A stretch of 55,792 bases of DNA, filler included, from Asterionella formosa (Eukaryota): the NCBI GenBank assembly GCA_002256025.1. It is 4 parts of 4 records of this genome, joined end to end, with 100 filler letters (N's around TTAATTAATTAA, not from the genome) between each part and the next. Parts side by side here need not be neighbours in the genome. Positions count along the whole stretch, not along the records: positions 41,927 to 55,792 come from NKIB01006369.1; 3 more parts are not named here. The stretch is one strand, 5' to 3'. Made by a program: the position numbers and the translations under genes. Position 1 is the stretch's first letter. Each line of letters starts with the position of its first letter. Below, piece after piece: positions 53,136 to 55,792 of the stretch. The notes below the pieces were generated by a model. It had not been told where the DNA came from, did not search any database, and saw only the letters and a list, made by a program, of their open reading frames with translations.

Positions 53136-54578
53136 ATGACAATGAAGACCGATACGGTCACAGCAACACGCGACAAGCGGTCCACGGCAGGGAAGCGAAT
53201 GTCGCATCTTGTGGGGGAGGCACAAGACGCAGACGACGCCTTTTGGGGCCACGACACGTGGGCGGAGGATGATTCCGGGAACGAGTCATTTCGGGAATCA
53301 GATGAAGATTCCGAAGTCAGAAAAGATCAATTCGATAGTGACTTTGACGAATCAGAAGAGGACTTCAGTGATGCCGAGGCAGCAGCGGGACGGGACGAGG
53401 AAGTCAACTTGCGACAACAAGAGAAACTGGAGAGTAGGAAGAAGACATTCGATGTTGCGAAGGCAGGAAGGGATTTGCTGCAAAAGAAGAAGGGAGCGAA
53501 AGGAAGAATGAAGGGTCAACGAATTTTTGGAGATGGCGATAATGCCGGGTTGGTCTTGAACATGCCCAATGCGGCACAGCCCCTGCTTCGTGTTCAAAAG
53601 GTGGGACCCACTCCCACTACAAAGATCACGTTGGCATCGACTCGGTTGAGACGAAACCGTTCCAAATCACTGCGCACTACGACACAGCTCAAGTCAACGA
53701 ATGAGCTACCACCAAAGCCATCCAAAAAGGGCACGTCCACGAAGAAATCGAGAGCCCAATATTGGACACAAGAACAATTGCTATTGGAGGCAGCCACTGT
53801 CACAGAGCCGGAAAACGAGCGGTGGCTTCTAGGTCGCAAACGACTGCACGAACAAGCTGAAGCAGTTACGAAGTTGCAAGATTCCCAGCAGCGGAATGGC
53901 AAACTGATTTCTAAATATCGATCGAGGCGGGGAATGTTAACTACTCTCACGTTTTCGGAAATGGATGCTGTTCCAGAAATTTTAGTGCAGATAGGTGGTG
54001 CACCACCTAGGCCAAGGCCAGTTTATTGTGCCATTACTGGAAGGAGAGCAAACTACAAATGCCCCAAGACAGGAAAAGGATATTATGACATGATGGCATT
54101 TAAGGAGTTGAGACGACGATTGGAAGCGGGGGAAGCGTTGGATCAACGGAAGCACAAACAGGAAGAGTTATATTTATTACAAGTGGAAAAAAATGAACGT
54201 TCTCTGAATGACAAAGCATCGTCAGTGATATCGTCGCCATTCGCAATATCATCCACGACAGAAAGAACTATTACAATGGCTCAACAATCAGTCGAATCTC
54301 CTTCTCGGAGTATCACCATGACGACAAGAATGGCCACTAAATTTCCGATGAAACACAATGTTCCCGAGCAGATTTCTACATACACTCTGCCTCCCACTTT
54401 ACCTGTCGTTGAGAGCAGTACTATTCCCATGGAAAAAACAGCTCAAAATAATCCAAAAACATCGGCGCAAATAGTGACACCATTTTCAATGCTATTGGAC
54501 AATCCCTTTGCAGCGGCGGCGGCTCTCGCTGCCTCCTTAGCAGAAGAATCAATGAAACTTGCCGAGAAACGAAAATGA
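53136..54578 (+). CDS. VPS72: Vps72/YL1 (Swc2) H2A.Z chaperone subunit of SWR1
   Basis: RSTAGKRMSHL plus an acidic DQFDSDFDE segment, TQEQLLLEAATVTEPENERWL, and YL1_C CAITGRRANYKCPKTGKGYYDMMAFKELR. First ATG at 53136. Confidence 0.85.
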   Translation: MTMKTDTVTATRDKRSTAGKRMSHLVGEAQDADDAFWGHDTWAEDDSGNESFRESDEDSEVRKDQFDSDFDESEEDFSDAEAAAGRDEEVNLRQQEKLESRKKTFDVAKAGRDLLQKKKGAKGRMKGQRIFGDGDNAGLVLNMPNAAQPLLRVQKVGPTPTTKITLASTRLRRNRSKSLRTTTQLKSTNELPPKPSKKGTSTKKSRAQYWTQEQLLLEAATVTEPENERWLLGRKRLHEQAEAVTKLQDSQQRNGKLISKYRSRRGMLTTLTFSEMDAVPEILVQIGGAPPRPRPVYCAITGRRANYKCPKTGKGYYDMMAFKELRRRLEAGEALDQRKHKQEELYLLQVEKNERSLNDKASSVISSPFAISSTTERTITMAQQSVESPSRSITMTTRMATKFPMKHNVPEQISTYTLPPTLPVVESSTIPMEKTAQNNPKTSAQIVTPFSMLLDNPFAAAAALAASLAEESMKLAEKRK

Positions 54579-54809
54579 CTATAGTTACGATGAGTGATTC
54601 GATTCGCACTCGTATCTGGAATACTAGAAATTCATGTATAGAACTAGTAGTGTTGTACGTTTTTTCGAACATCAAATTAATTATTGCCCTATTACTTGTA
54701 TTTTCAAGGACGATTTCAAATCAATACTTATTGTGCGTTACAAACAGCCTCAGATTTACAAGTAACTGTGATGTTTTGAACGAGCTAGTCTGTAACTGGT
54801 ACAGTGGAA

Positions 54810-55619
54810 TTACTCCGAATCTACAATAATATCCTCCCCTGTCACTGTCCAGTACCTTCCATCGTGCCAGTACACATGTCCTTGTGCCACAACCTTTTCT
54901 GCTCCCGACAAAGCATCTTCTTCCATCATCGTTGCTCCCTCTTTCATGCCAATAACAATAACAGTTGCTTCTTGTTCAGGAAATTCCTTGTACGACATGG
55001 AATGGACGGATACTTTGGCCTTGGTATTGATATCACTGCTGAGAACAAAATGTTGACATGCTTCCAACACTTCCATAACTACCAAATCATCCCCTCCACA
55101 AAAGTTAATGATAATTTTATCATAGTCCATAGCAGGTCCTGCCGCGGCCATGGCGTTCTTAATCGCATCATCGGGAGAGTACTGGACGGACTTTGTGGTG
55201 GTCGCTCCTGGATCTGCGTAAATTTCTAGTCCCTTGCCAGTACAAATGACAGTACCTCCTACCTTGGTCAATGTTGCTTGGACCGTGGCTTCAGGAACTT
55301 GCGTTAGTTTGGAGTAATGTTCCAAGTTTGTCAAATCTGGTTCTGCACTTCCTGGCTTGTGCGTAATTCGACCCTCCAAAACAACCACATTTTCCAAGGC
55401 AAATCGAACGCCACCCTGTTGGAAGTCAATAATGAATTCACTTTCCTCAATTCCCTTGATGACACCTGTTTGGAAACTGGAACTAAAGAGTTGCGTAGTA
55501 GAGGTCGTTGAGCGACTACTGGTAGTGACACTCACAGGCGGATGGATTTGAAAGGCGCCTACCGATGCTGGTAAAATGCTGAGAGAGAGGAGCTGCGCCA
55601 GTAACAGAGAGTTCTTCAT
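54810..55619 (-). CDS. Plastid-targeted protein with FtsZ/tubulin C-terminal-like domain
   Basis: Signal MKNSLLLAQLLSLSILPASVGA|FQI plus an S/T-rich transit peptide. KIIINFCGGDDLVVMEVLEAC...AKVSVHSMSYKEFPEQEATVIVIG matches the FtsZ C-domain pattern (LxNITGGxDLxLxEV...A.IIFG...VTVIATG). No GGGTG[ST]G motif. Confidence 0.65.
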   Translation of the reverse strand: MKNSLLLAQLLSLSILPASVGAFQIHPPVSVTTSSRSTTSTTQLFSSSFQTGVIKGIEESEFIIDFQQGGVRFALENVVVLEGRITHKPGSAEPDLTNLEHYSKLTQVPEATVQATLTKVGGTVICTGKGLEIYADPGATTTKSVQYSPDDAIKNAMAAAGPAMDYDKIIINFCGGDDLVVMEVLEACQHFVLSSDINTKAKVSVHSMSYKEFPEQEATVIVIGMKEGATMMEEDALSGAEKVVAQGHVYWHDGRYWTVTGEDIIVDSE

Positions 55620-55792
55620 TGTCAGAAAACGAGATGGCAAGGACTGTGTGTGGTCTTGACAGAGCGAATGAATCAGTAAAATCTAAAAAGACATATAAGT
55701 GAGTTCGAATTTTATTGAAAAAATTATTGTCATAAATGGAGACAGACGACGAGAAAAAGCTCCTCCAGTGATGGTCAGTCATGTGATCGTTT

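Noticed and set aside
1..55792. tRNA, rRNA or snRNA genes
   Set aside because: None recognised by eye. tRNAscan-SE and Infernal would be needed to exclude them.

Overview
Gene-dense eukaryotic nuclear DNA, most likely from a diatom or another ochrophyte. This is inferred from short GT-AG introns, five genes with bipartite signal-peptide plus ASAFAP-like plastid presequences, and a bacterial-type PheRS alpha subunit. About 19 protein-coding genes are supported: an F-box-like protein, WDR6/Trm734, two tandem SGNH-hydrolase-like type II membrane paralogs, a TPR protein, a 7-exon importin-beta/transportin-SR-like gene, a Tat-targeted thylakoid lumen protein, plastid PheRS-alpha fused to an EMAP II domain, a Dad1-like small protein, MCT-1/Tma20, a STAS-less SulP transporter, a large plastid-targeted unknown, an inositol-transporter-like MFS protein, a small membrane protein, BTAF1/Mot1, two unknowns, DBP3, Vps72/YL1 and a plastid-targeted stand-alone FtsZ C-terminal-like protein. 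Mobile DNA includes a broken pogo-type transposase, two inverted copies of a ~1.9-2.3 kb non-coding element with an asymmetric inverted repeat, and a 1.46 kb CACATG-TIR element carrying a long hairpin. A self-complementary (GGTACCW)n/TACCGGTA motif sits upstream of almost every gene. Three 100-bp N/TTAATTAATTAA spacers are artificial contig joins, so gene adjacency across them is unproven. All family calls come from motif recognition by eye; no database search was run.
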